From sequence record OR545507.1: a stretch of DNA of 64,000 bases; one strand, given 5' to 3'. Positions 54,926 to 63,525 of the stretch are shown in pieces; the first letter of the stretch is position 1; every line of letters begins with the position of its first letter. A program made the translations under genes and the position numbers. Under the pieces are notes generated by a model. It did no database searches and had not been told where the DNA came from. It worked only from the letters and a program-made list of their open reading frames with translations.

Positions 54926-55331
54926 ATGCTACCCTTTCGAAGAATTATCACATCATCAAAAAAGAACATACAACCTTCTGTTACAAAAATAGCTTCATCT
55001 GATAAGACAGTTTTTGCCCTTATGTCAGATGGTACGTTGTACAGTAGAGGTTCTCAATAGTTTGGGTTATTAATATTTTTCTAATCATATTATAACTTTA
55101 TTAGGTGTTTACTCAACTGGTTATAACACAAGACAATTAGGTATAGGTACACAAACCGATGCGTCGGCCTATACCAAATGTGTACTACCAATAGAGATGA
55201 ATAACGTATATGTTACAGCAACTTTATACAGAACTTACTTAACCGATGGTATACAAATTTACAGTACTGGACAAAATATTACAGACGGTGGAGTTGCCAG
55301 TACTGTATTTGTCAAAGATTCACCATTTTAG
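54926..55331 (+). pseudogene. MLPF-family remnant (N- and C-termini only)
   Basis: MLPFRRI...YSRGSQ* then TGYNTRQLGIG...YRTYLTDGIQIYSTG...KDSPF, like the C-termini of copies 4 and 7. Confidence 0.7.
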
Positions 55332-55974
55332 GAATATTGTACAGAGTGTATGCAGTTATTTTAGAACTCTTTTTAAATTCATCATAGAGAAAATTCAAAA
55401 TTCTGGAGCATTCAATATACTTTTCAATATCTTTATGGATTAATGAGTACTGAAACATTAAATCAGATGATATATTGTAGGTACTACCTTTTAAACTGTT
55501 TAAAATATCACAGATTTCAGGGTTTACGGGTACTTCGTCAAAATTATCATCTAAAACATTTATTTCAAAATCAAAGCCATCTTTGTTTTTGATTAATTTG
55601 ATAATAGAATCACCATAAACATTATATTGTTTTAATGGATTTACTACAATGTTAAAAAGATTGGATGTATTACAATCAATATCCATAAAGTATGTATTAT
55701 CATTGTACTTAATATTGAAACATCCGTACTCAATAAAATCACCAGGAGTTATTGATGAGTTTCTTCTCGTTTCAACATAAGAAGCTTTAATTTTGTTTTT
55801 ATGTAAAAGAGTAATAAATTTCTTAGACTGTTTAGCACCAGCTAAGTAAGTATTATAACTTGGTCTTTTAAAGATTATAGGACTAGACTTCTCGCCAGAG
55901 AAATATTTTTTTATAAATTTACGTTGTTTAAAAAAATAGTTTTTATAAAACAAACCTAATTTTGATTTCATCAT
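55312..55974 (-). CDS. hypothetical protein, FQxSLV-motif family
   Basis: SDLMFQYSLIH. Confidence 0.75.
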   Translation of the reverse strand: MMKSKLGLFYKNYFFKQRKFIKKYFSGEKSSPIIFKRPSYNTYLAGAKQSKKFITLLHKNKIKASYVETRRNSSITPGDFIEYGCFNIKYNDNTYFMDIDCNTSNLFNIVVNPLKQYNVYGDSIIKLIKNKDGFDFEINVLDDNFDEVPVNPEICDILNSLKGSTYNISSDLMFQYSLIHKDIEKYIECSRILNFLYDEFKKSSKITAYTLYNIPKMVNL

Positions 55975-55986
55975 AACTCCTTATAC

Positions 55987-56014
55987 ATCCAGTACTTAAT
56001 AGTACTGGATTTTT
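55987..56014. terminator. AGTACT-containing hairpin
   Basis: ATCCAGTACT-TAAT-AGTACTGGAT-TTTT. Confidence 0.6.
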
Positions 56015-56015
56015 A

Positions 56016-56387
56016 TTATGACATACGCTTATTATGAATGGAATTATGAATGGATTTTAAATAATTATATAATTTTATCAATCCACTACCAGTAGCTACA
56101 AACAGTAGTGCTGTTGGTATCATACATCCAAACATGGTTATTAATTCATGTATTTCCATACCATCACTATTTGGTCCCACATCAAATATAACAACCAAAA
56201 CAACACCTAAAATGCTTAGACAATAATATCCCATAAAGACCATAAAAGTGATATATCCGGCACTTGATTTAATATTACATAACATATTATACACTGGATT
56301 AATACAGAAGAAGTATAATAACCATACCAGTGTTCCAGTACTGAACATAATAATTGAAATAATGGAAAATATCTCACGGTAACTCAT
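56016..56387 (-). CDS. small multi-pass membrane protein
   Basis: three hydrophobic segments, basic C-terminus. Confidence 0.75.
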   Translation of the reverse strand: MSYREIFSIISIIMFSTGTLVWLLYFFCINPVYNMLCNIKSSAGYITFMVFMGYYCLSILGVVLVVIFDVGPNSDGMEIHELITMFGCMIPTALLFVATGSGLIKLYNYLKSIHNSIHNKRMS

Positions 56388-56388
56388 A

Positions 56389-56751
56389 TTATTTCCTCAT
56401 ACCCAAACGTTGGTGGATTTCAGAGATCTTTATATACAATAGTACCACAAGGTGCAGTACTAAACAACATATAATTACGGCTAATACCAATGAACATATC
56501 ATAAGACCGAAGGTTATTGTATTCAAAGAGGATGTGAACAGTCCAATTATTAATACAATAAAACCAAAATTGAATACTGTACCCAACACAGTATATGCTG
56601 GACTATATCTCTTTTGGATTACATCATATATATTTGATAATGGTCGCTTATGGAAGTACTTCCCAATGCACACGAATGCATTCAGTGAGAAGATAAATGT
56701 ATACGCCATTACTAGTAATTGACCAACGAAAGATAATTCTATCCCGTTCAT
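56389..56751 (-). CDS. small multi-pass membrane protein
   Basis: three hydrophobic segments; start MNGIEL. Confidence 0.75.
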   Translation of the reverse strand: MNGIELSFVGQLLVMAYTFIFSLNAFVCIGKYFHKRPLSNIYDVIQKRYSPAYTVLGTVFNFGFIVLIIGLFTSSLNTITFGLMICSLVLAVIICCLVLHLVVLLYIKISEIHQRLGMRK

Positions 56752-56752
56752 A

Positions 56753-57121
56753 CTAACCTCGTTTACGTTTTTTAATTGTACTGTGCATCTTTTCGAAATA
56801 GGGAACCAAAACATATTGAACAGTTTGCCAGATAACCATTAGATTATGCACTGCACCACCAAGGATACCAAACACTAGAACAATAATTGCCATAATAGGA
56901 TCACCGTCTACCATACCCCATTTAAAGATATGTAAAATCCAAGCAATGACTAGACAAAATAAACTAAGCCAATACGTAATGAAAAATCCGGCTTGTAATT
57001 CATAATCATCAGCAATTTCATCGTATACCGTTTCTAAAAATGATACACAAAAGAATTTACCAATTATAACCACAGTACTAATAAACAGCATAGCAGTTAA
57101 GATAATAAGAGCAATTTCCAT
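56753..57121 (-). CDS. small multi-pass membrane protein
   Basis: three hydrophobic segments, ends KKRKRG. Confidence 0.75.
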   Translation of the reverse strand: MEIALIILTAMLFISTVVIIGKFFCVSFLETVYDEIADDYELQAGFFITYWLSLFCLVIAWILHIFKWGMVDGDPIMAIIVLVFGILGGAVHNLMVIWQTVQYVLVPYFEKMHSTIKKRKRG

Positions 57122-57435
57122 TACATCCCTCGTTTACGCTTTTGATTGCGTCTAAATTCTGTTAGTCCACGGCTAATCGGCGGCATCAGACTACATAAAA
57201 AAGTAACAGTTGTTGGTAGTAACATCAAGTCAATCATTGCTGTATTATCAGGTGGATCACATACCAAATAATACAAACAAGTAATACTAATAATGGTTGA
57301 CCCAATAAAAGGAATACAAAATTCTTTTATCTGTTTTTCAACATAATCAAACATCTTCAGTACAAATAAAAATCCAACCCAACACATAATGAAATAGAAT
57401 GAATACAACGTGTAAATCAATGTTACGATATCCAT
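57121..57435 (-). CDS. small multi-pass membrane protein
   Basis: three hydrophobic segments, ends KRKRGM. Confidence 0.75.
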   Translation of the reverse strand: MDIVTLIYTLYSFYFIMCWVGFLFVLKMFDYVEKQIKEFCIPFIGSTIISITCLYYLVCDPPDNTAMIDLMLLPTTVTFLCSLMPPISRGLTEFRRNQKRKRGM

Positions 57436-57773
57436 TAGTACCTCGCATCAGGAACTTTAGCACGTAATTTATGAACGACTGGGAACAACAACAAACTTAC
57501 ATATGCAATAGTTGAACCCCAATAGAATACTAATACAATTGGTTCACCATTAGAACGGAAACCTCTACTAATCATTGAGTAGTGAATAATAGGCATAATC
57601 ATCGCCATACCAAACCATGCGTGTAATTTTAATTGCAGCATGTTATCAGCGATGAATACTGAAATTGGTCGTTTGAAGAACCACATCAGAAAGTAGAATC
57701 CAGCACTAATAATATAGTACAAAGTACTAACTTTCATATACCACGGCAGTAAATCAATAAAGTACTCCATCAT
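57435..57773 (-). CDS. small multi-pass membrane protein
   Basis: WFFKR after first segment. Confidence 0.75.
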   Translation of the reverse strand: MMEYFIDLLPWYMKVSTLYYIISAGFYFLMWFFKRPISVFIADNMLQLKLHAWFGMAMIMPIIHYSMISRGFRSNGEPIVLVFYWGSTIAYVSLLLFPVVHKLRAKVPDARY

Positions 57774-58117
57774 TCCTCCGGTATCTTATTTCGAAGTTCA
57801 ATCATAACACAACAAATTTTAATGGTCAATATAAAAGTTAAACATATCATCCCAAGTGTGCCGTAAACTGCGGAAAAAGCTGGTAGTACCTTTCCTGTGA
57901 GTGTTGCTACAATACATGCAATCAATGTTGATGCAAACAACGATTGATTAATGACAGAATTCATAAAATCTTCACCATTACGTTTATAGAATTGTCGTTT
58001 AAAATACCATCCTAGAAACATAACTACCCAAAATGATACATAAGTTGTTAGAATAATCCCTGCAAGTGAATGTGCAACTGGACTACTCCTTAAAAACTCA
58101 AGATAAGCTTCAAACAT
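57770..58117 (-). CDS. small multi-pass membrane protein
   Basis: WYFKR after first segment. Confidence 0.75.
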   Translation of the reverse strand: MFEAYLEFLRSSPVAHSLAGIILTTYVSFWVVMFLGWYFKRQFYKRNGEDFMNSVINQSLFASTLIACIVATLTGKVLPAFSAVYGTLGMICLTFILTIKICCVMIELRNKIPEE

Positions 58118-58455
58118 TAGAAGTCTCCGCGAATTTTATCTCTACCATGAATAATGAGATGGATTAAGTATACAACTAACCAAATGAACAACCCAAAGAA
58201 TACAATATATTGTGAGATTGAGTTCAAGTGAGGATTAGCACAATAAATTAAGTGTGCCATAAGACCAACAATTGCAAACAAACCTTGAACAAGTGTGTAA
58301 AGAACTAGTGATGAATTCCTCACTGGATACAGTTTAAAAACAATTTTCTTTTTAAAATACCATAGTACTACAACTAGTGCATGATAAAAGAAAAAACCAA
58401 ACAGATAAATCAAAGTAATACTAATCATTGTATCTGATTTAAAAAATTCTAACAT
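58117..58455 (-). CDS. small multi-pass membrane protein
   Basis: WYFKK; close paralogue of 58455. Confidence 0.75.
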   Translation of the reverse strand: MLEFFKSDTMISITLIYLFGFFFYHALVVVLWYFKKKIVFKLYPVRNSSLVLYTLVQGLFAIVGLMAHLIYCANPHLNSISQYIVFFGLFIWLVVYLIHLIIHGRDKIRGDF

Positions 58456-58796
58456 TAGAATCCCCATTTAAAGTTATTACGAGCTTTAATAATAAAGTAC
58501 ATAGTACACACCAATAACCAGACGATTAGTCCTGAAAACACAACATATTGTGTAATGTGTGGTGTGTTATCAATTTGTAACATGTAAATCACATATGTCA
58601 TCACACCAAATAAAATAAACCCACCTTGTATAATGCTATATACAACTAAGAATACATTATCATACGAATACAATTTAAAAACAACTTTCCTTTTAAAATA
58701 CCAAAGACTAATTACAATTGAATGATAAAACAAGAATACAAACATGTATATCAGTGTAATACCAAGCATTATATTAGATTCAAAAAACTCACGCAT
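58455..58796 (-). CDS. small multi-pass membrane protein
   Basis: WYFKR; close paralogue of 58117. Confidence 0.75.
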   Translation of the reverse strand: MREFFESNIMLGITLIYMFVFLFYHSIVISLWYFKRKVVFKLYSYDNVFLVVYSIIQGGFILFGVMTYVIYMLQIDNTPHITQYVVFSGLIVWLLVCTMYFIIKARNNFKWGF

Positions 58797-58824
58797 TGGG
58801 TGTCTCCAGTGATTAAACTTTTGT

Positions 58825-58855
58825 TATAGTACTACACATTGTTAGTACTGTCAAT
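58825..58855 (-). promoter_or_regulatory. sigma70-type promoter
   Basis: TTGACA-N17-TACTAT with two AGTACT. Confidence 0.7.
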
Positions 58856-58861
58856 ATTGAA

Positions 58862-59632
58862 TTAAATTTTCTCAAGGAACAAGTTTTCGCACTGTTCTTC
58901 CCAATCGTATGGGTTGTTGTTATATACTGCCGAAATCAACAGTGGCATACGCAGTGAAGGTGAACGAAGAGAATCTTCATGTTTTAACATCCAGTTCAGA
59001 ATTGCTTTACTACCGTTACTGTTAACACCTTTAGATGCAAGGATATTAGTCTTAGTCATTACATTTTCAATATGAATCATGATATCACTTTTAGTCTGAA
59101 TCTGTAAATCCACGTACACAGAACGAGACATAAGAGCAGCATAATGAGCAGACATTTTAGTTTTAGCTTTAGCATCTAACGCTAAATCTTTGTTAGTAAT
59201 GAATACGATGCGACCATTAAAATCAAAGCTATTAGGAATTCCGTTAGTGCTCAAGTACTTAGAGCTAGTCATATAAGACACGGTACGCTTACCACTATCC
59301 AGTACTGCTTTGAGCAGGTTCATACCGTCTTCAGAATCAAAAATACTGTCCATATCGTCCAGTACTAACACGTTGGTGCTGTGACGATTCTTGTACAGAA
59401 CTTCGTACAGAGCCAGTGTAGTCATCTTACCACTGATAGTAGCTACGTTCCATTCTGCTGCGTCATGAGCCTTCTGGAGACGTTGGGACAAGGTGTAAGT
59501 CTTACCAACACCAGGAGCACCACTGACAACCATACTTTTTACAGTACTGCTATCATCGAGCAAACACTCAAGAGCAACCATCATGGAGTTGAAGTTTTTC
59601 TGAATTTGAATGCTGCGTGCTTCTCTGGTCAT
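58862..59632 (-). CDS. AAA+ family P-loop ATPase
   Basis: Walker A GAPGVGKT, Walker B VLVLDD, sensor-like VFITN, SRS. Confidence 0.85.
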   Translation of the reverse strand: MTREARSIQIQKNFNSMMVALECLLDDSSTVKSMVVSGAPGVGKTYTLSQRLQKAHDAAEWNVATISGKMTTLALYEVLYKNRHSTNVLVLDDMDSIFDSEDGMNLLKAVLDSGKRTVSYMTSSKYLSTNGIPNSFDFNGRIVFITNKDLALDAKAKTKMSAHYAALMSRSVYVDLQIQTKSDIMIHIENVMTKTNILASKGVNSNGSKAILNWMLKHEDSLRSPSLRMPLLISAVYNNNPYDWEEQCENLFLEKI

Positions 59633-59649
59633 TTCTTTACCCTCTTCAG

Positions 59650-59697
59650 TTGATGAAATGATTATAGCAAAAAGGGCTGACCGAAGTCAACCCTTTT
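59650..59697 (-). promoter_or_regulatory. fused UUCG terminator / sigma70 promoter
   Basis: GGGTTGAC-TTCG-GTCAGCCC-TTTTT; TTGACT-N18-TATAAT. Confidence 0.75.
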
Positions 59698-59700
59698 GTT

Positions 59701-60819
59701 TTAGATAATTTGTACTTCACCATAGATCTGCACGATTTGCTTTCCTGGATTCTCTTCAATGAGTTTAAGGAAAGATTTCAATGCTCCAATATGGTCTTCA
59801 TAATACGCAATACGAATGAAGTTATATCCATTTTTTATTGCGTATTCTGTTTTGATTTTATCGTGTTTTTTCCTCATAAGTCCGTTTCCCCATCCTGATT
59901 CACGTTCTTCAAAGTGATTACTACCATCATATTCAAATAACGTATTAATATCACGAATATAAAAATCATATGGAAGTTTTGATTTATTTTTTAAATCAGG
60001 AAATGTTTTCTCTCTTTCAGTAACAAACATTCCTCTCAAAAACTCTTTACAATCATTATGACCAAATGAGTGTGTTTCTAATTGGGAACAACATCCACAC
60101 TTTTGTGCTTGTTTACTAGTAAACGCATAATAGTCTTGATTACACTCGTGTCCTTTATCACATATATATTTTACATAATAACGACCATTTGATTTCTTGT
60201 AAACTTCTTTTAATGTATATCCTAGTTCATTACAGCGTGTGTTAGCAATTGTTTCACGCATTTCAGGTGTTATAAAATATCTAACGTTCATTGATGTTTT
60301 TGTAATTATATCATTTATTCTTCGTGGTTGTGTAAATCCATCGGAATATGTGAATTTAATATATGACATTATCCCATTGTCTAAATGTTCATTTTCATAT
60401 ATATAGCATCCTCTTTCCTCAAGAGAACCCAATTTGGTTACATAGTAATAATAATTTTCATCTGTATAGGTAAATGATGGCTTGAATTTATTGTTTGTTA
60501 TTTTTTCAAGCTTTGTTTTTAAACCAGTTATTTTATAATTATCATACAATACCCCATTATACATAATCAGTAAATTGTTATTACTATTTCCGTTTTTACC
60601 AAACTCACGTGATGATTTAACTGATAATCCAATAATAGTAATATTGTCAATATCTTTGTTTTTTAATTTTGCTTCTATGTCATCAACATGATCCTTAGCA
60701 GTGAGTCCTTTTGAAACCCTTTTTATATCTTCAGGCTTCATCCATTCAAAACGCATACCAAGTTCTTCATGAAAATAAACTTTTTCACCATCTTCATTTA
60801 AATAATACTGTTCAAACAT
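59701..60819 (-). CDS. putative homing-endonuclease-like protein (PD-(D/E)xK/DUF559-like C-terminus, Zn-binding motif)
   Basis: CDKGH...KCGCC; EKTFPDLKNKSKLPYDFYI...FEYDGSNH...KTEYAIKNGYNFIRI. Confidence 0.7.
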   Translation of the reverse strand: MFEQYYLNEDGEKVYFHEELGMRFEWMKPEDIKRVSKGLTAKDHVDDIEAKLKNKDIDNITIIGLSVKSSREFGKNGNSNNNLLIMYNGVLYDNYKITGLKTKLEKITNNKFKPSFTYTDENYYYYVTKLGSLEERGCYIYENEHLDNGIMSYIKFTYSDGFTQPRRINDIITKTSMNVRYFITPEMRETIANTRCNELGYTLKEVYKKSNGRYYVKYICDKGHECNQDYYAFTSKQAQKCGCCSQLETHSFGHNDCKEFLRGMFVTEREKTFPDLKNKSKLPYDFYIRDINTLFEYDGSNHFEERESGWGNGLMRKKHDKIKTEYAIKNGYNFIRIAYYEDHIGALKSFLKLIEENPGKQIVQIYGEVQII

Positions 60820-61048
60820 TACTTAATACTCCTTTCCAGTACTGAACCCGTCCAGCACCATTAATCTTAGCTTTAATCTTATCTTTTTCGACAAGACCTT
60901 CTTTGAAATCGATGGAAGTATTATCGCACTGAATTACATCTAAGTCAAGTACTTCTTGTGTACTTAATGAAGTATTATCTGCAATTTGTTGTAAAGTAAT
61001 TACATCAGTACCGAAGAATTCAGCTAATCGTATAAAAGATAGTTTCAT
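60812..61048 (-). CDS. hypothetical protein
   Basis: ORF with GAGG RBS and promoter. Confidence 0.7.
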   Translation of the reverse strand: MKLSFIRLAEFFGTDVITLQQIADNTSLSTQEVLDLDVIQCDNTSIDFKEGLVEKDKIKAKINGAGRVQYWKGVLSNV

Positions 61049-61065
61049 TTGTTACCTCTTGTGTT

Positions 61066-61110
61066 GATGAAATAATTATAGCAAAAAGGGCTGACCGAAG
61101 TCAACCCTTT
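61066..61110 (-). promoter_or_regulatory. fused UUCG terminator / sigma70 promoter
   Basis: near-identical to 59650-59697. Confidence 0.75.
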
Positions 61111-61113
61111 ATG

Positions 61114-61473
61114 TTATTCTAATTCACTCATAGTACTAATAGTTAATCCCATTTCTTCTGCAATGTTGCATAACATACCAACTGCATTACGAAGAATATC
61201 AGTGTTGTCCACCGATAATGATGAGTTTTCATTTACAGTTGAAGACTCAATGTAGTACTCAAAATAACGAGAAGTTGAACGCACAACTTTAACACCTTCA
61301 TAGTTCTGTAGTTCAGAGTTGATACGCTCGATGAGCGAATCTTCCAGTACTCGATAGTCACCATTCATTCCACGTTTCCATCCATCAGCAGGACGGAAAT
61401 AAAAAGTTTTTGTACGTTGAATTGTTGAGATTGTTAGTGGGTTGTATTCTGCGATTTCACTTAAAGATGCCAT
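61114..61473 (-). CDS. hypothetical protein
   Basis: ORF with GAGG RBS. Confidence 0.7.
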   Translation of the reverse strand: MASLSEIAEYNPLTISTIQRTKTFYFRPADGWKRGMNGDYRVLEDSLIERINSELQNYEGVKVVRSTSRYFEYYIESSTVNENSSLSVDNTDILRNAVGMLCNIAEEMGLTISTMSELE

Positions 61474-61579
61474 GTTGTATTCCTCATTTGGTGATGTACA
61501 TAATACAGAAAGATAGAACAGGTGTCAATGTTTATATATCAAATATCCAAATACTTTGGTGTATCACATACTACATCAA

Positions 61580-61774
61580 CTAATCCTCGCTGAAGACAAC
61601 AAGAAGGAATGACACGAACAATGCCGCATAACAAGGAGCTATCTTCATGTACCACGGGACTTCATAATACCATGTACCTAATTCATCCCACGAAAAGAGT
61701 ATACTCAAACCGAAGCCGATTAGCGATAGTACAATAAAAGAAATCCAGAAACGCGTTGAATATACTAATAACAT
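61580..61774 (-). CDS. small membrane protein
   Basis: two hydrophobic segments. Confidence 0.6.
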   Translation of the reverse strand: MLLVYSTRFWISFIVLSLIGFGLSILFSWDELGTWYYEVPWYMKIAPCYAALFVSFLLVVFSED

Positions 61775-61812
61775 GTTATGTTCCTTTGTGTAACCGAAGT
61801 CAACCCTTTCCT

Positions 61813-62328
61813 TTAATAATTATTCATTTCATCTTTGATTTGTTCTTCAATTTCGTCGAACATATCAGTACTAGATTCGTTCTTACTACTTACGTTCTGC
61901 ATATCTTTAACGTACTGTGGACATTCAACATCAGTAAACTTATACCACGTAGGCTTCATCTGGAGCTTCTCAATCAAACGATCACGAGACATTTTAATCT
62001 CTGACTCCGTTGGTACGTAGTCATTACAAAACTCAGTAGGGAAGCCGCTAATGTCGTTTACTTCAGTGTTTTGAATCTTCATACCACGACGCAGACATTC
62101 GTTGACAATATCAATATGACGCTTCTGTAAGTACAATAACTTGTCGTAAAAGAATGTCACATGACCTGAACCTAACAGATAAGTACTATTAATTTTGAAA
62201 TCACGTACACGCTTACGTGCTTGAACGTGTTTTTGTACAGCACCAAATACACGTGGGAGTTCACGATATTCAGCCATCAGATGTTGGTCAGCAAGTTCTT
62301 TAACGTGTACTAAGTTAATGCGTGTCAT
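61813..62328 (-). CDS. denV: pyrimidine-dimer DNA glycosylase / endonuclease V
   Basis: [25 protein letters not shown]...[16 protein letters not shown]...KP.WY matches T4 endonuclease V. Confidence 0.95.
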   Translation of the reverse strand: MTRINLVHVKELADQHLMAEYRELPRVFGAVQKHVQARKRVRDFKINSTYLLGSGHVTFFYDKLLYLQKRHIDIVNECLRRGMKIQNTEVNDISGFPTEFCNDYVPTESEIKMSRDRLIEKLQMKPTWYKFTDVECPQYVKDMQNVSSKNESSTDMFDEIEEQIKDEMNNY

Positions 62329-62347
62329 GTATTCATCCTCTCGTCTT

Positions 62348-62394
62348 GATGAAATAATTATAGCAAAAAGGGCTGACCGAAGTCAACCCTTTTC
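62348..62394 (-). promoter_or_regulatory. fused UUCG terminator / sigma70 promoter
   Basis: near-identical to 59650-59697. Confidence 0.75.
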
Positions 62395-62395
62395 T

Positions 62396-62665
62396 TTATT
62401 CAATGATCCCCAACTTCACAATCTCATACCCGTCCAGATAGCCGTAGGAACACTCAGGTGTTTCATAAGATGAACCATCATGGATGCCCTGGCATTGACT
62501 TTTGGAATTCTCAAGCAATCGTTGCAGTACTGATACGTCATCAAGAACGTAATACAAGTTAGCATATAGGTCAGTTACAATACAGTACTCCAACATATCA
62601 AATGTATCAATCGAAATTTCAACCTTAGCAAATCGTTTCTTTTCTTTATTATACAGTGCGTACAT
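62396..62665 (-). CDS. hypothetical protein
   Basis: ORF with GGAG RBS. Confidence 0.7.
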   Translation of the reverse strand: MYALYNKEKKRFAKVEISIDTFDMLEYCIVTDLYANLYYVLDDVSVLQRLLENSKSQCQGIHDGSSYETPECSYGYLDGYEIVKLGIIE

Positions 62666-62666
62666 A

Positions 62667-63038
62667 TTAATCTCCATAATCAAGTTTAACTAACTTACCA
62701 CCCAGATACCCAAAGTTTTCTGGCTTCGCATCTGAATAGAAGAAGTCAGTACTTAACTCTGAATTCAATGCTAAAGCACACAACTCCACCCAAAATAAAC
62801 CCCTATGTTGAACTGGCTTACAACGTTTCTGTACAGTTACTAGTCCAGTACATGATGACCACAACGTAGGACAGATACTACTATCACTACGATTGGAGTA
62901 CTGCATCCACGAACGTTCATTGAGGTTAGCTATCATCCCTGTTAAGAATAGCTTCCAACTTTTAAAGGTTGGAATCTTGATAGCATATTCCCCAATGAGG
63001 ATAACAGTTCGTGTTGCACCTTTCAAATCTATATTCAT
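62667..63038 (-). CDS. minimal protein-kinase-like protein
   Basis: GATRTV, YAIKIP, NLNE, SDAKPENFG, KLDYG at the C-terminus. Confidence 0.65.
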   Translation of the reverse strand: MNIDLKGATRTVILIGEYAIKIPTFKSWKLFLTGMIANLNERSWMQYSNRSDSSICPTLWSSCTGLVTVQKRCKPVQHRGLFWVELCALALNSELSTDFFYSDAKPENFGYLGGKLVKLDYGD

Positions 63039-63046
63039 ATTTTTAA

Positions 63047-63298
63047 TTAGAAGAACACAAACCAAGTCCAGAACAAATTCCACATTACAAATAAAGACAT
63101 AGTGGTTTTATGTACAATATCAGCAGTACTGGTCCATCCTCCACCGTGTCCTATTCCATTTATGAATAGAACTAAGAACAAGATACCATTTACTACAATA
63201 GTACATACTAAGTACACAAATACATTCCATGCAAGTCCAGGGGATACTAAAGTAAATGGTAAAACTATTAGTAGTATTAGAACTAATAATATTTTCAT
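63047..63298 (-). CDS. small membrane protein
   Basis: three hydrophobic segments. Confidence 0.65.
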   Translation of the reverse strand: MKILLVLILLIVLPFTLVSPGLAWNVFVYLVCTIVVNGILFLVLFINGIGHGGGWTSTADIVHKTTMSLFVMWNLFWTWFVFF

Positions 63299-63337
63299 TT
63301 ATCGCCTCACTTAATTAACGTGACATATCACGTAATA

Positions 63338-63514
63338 TTAGTACGAATCAGATTCCCAGTACTCGATTGCTTCTTTCAGCAATTCTTTAGCACGTTGTTT
63401 TGCAATGCGAGCGGGGAACTGATATGTGTACATTAACTGACGCTTCACTTCATTCAGTGAAAGCTGTTCATGGTACAGTGCATCCATCAGTCGATTACGA
63501 GTACGTAGTTTCAT
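63338..63514 (-). CDS. small hypothetical protein (58 aa, not in ORF track)
   Basis: hand translation MKLRTRNRLMDALYHEQ...EYWESDSY; AAGGA RBS. Confidence 0.6.
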   Translation of the reverse strand: MKLRTRNRLMDALYHEQLSLNEVKRQLMYTYQFPARIAKQRAKELLKEAIEYWESDSY

Positions 63515-63525
63515 ATAAGTTATCC

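Noticed and set aside
53302-55060. Stop-codon reassignment explaining the broken MLPF genes
   Set aside because: The 53304 stop follows a frameshift and the 55060 TAG sits beside a deletion. Other genes are intact under the standard code and use all three stops.
40817-55331. Diversity-generating retroelement or shufflon behind the MLPF array
   Set aside because: No reverse transcriptase, no TR/VR pair differing at adenines, and no invertase or inverted crossover sites in the window. All copies are co-directional.
58862-59632. Specific call of the AAA+ ATPase as clamp loader, MoxR or terminase
   Set aside because: Only generic Walker A/B motifs are recognisable and no partner genes are adjacent.
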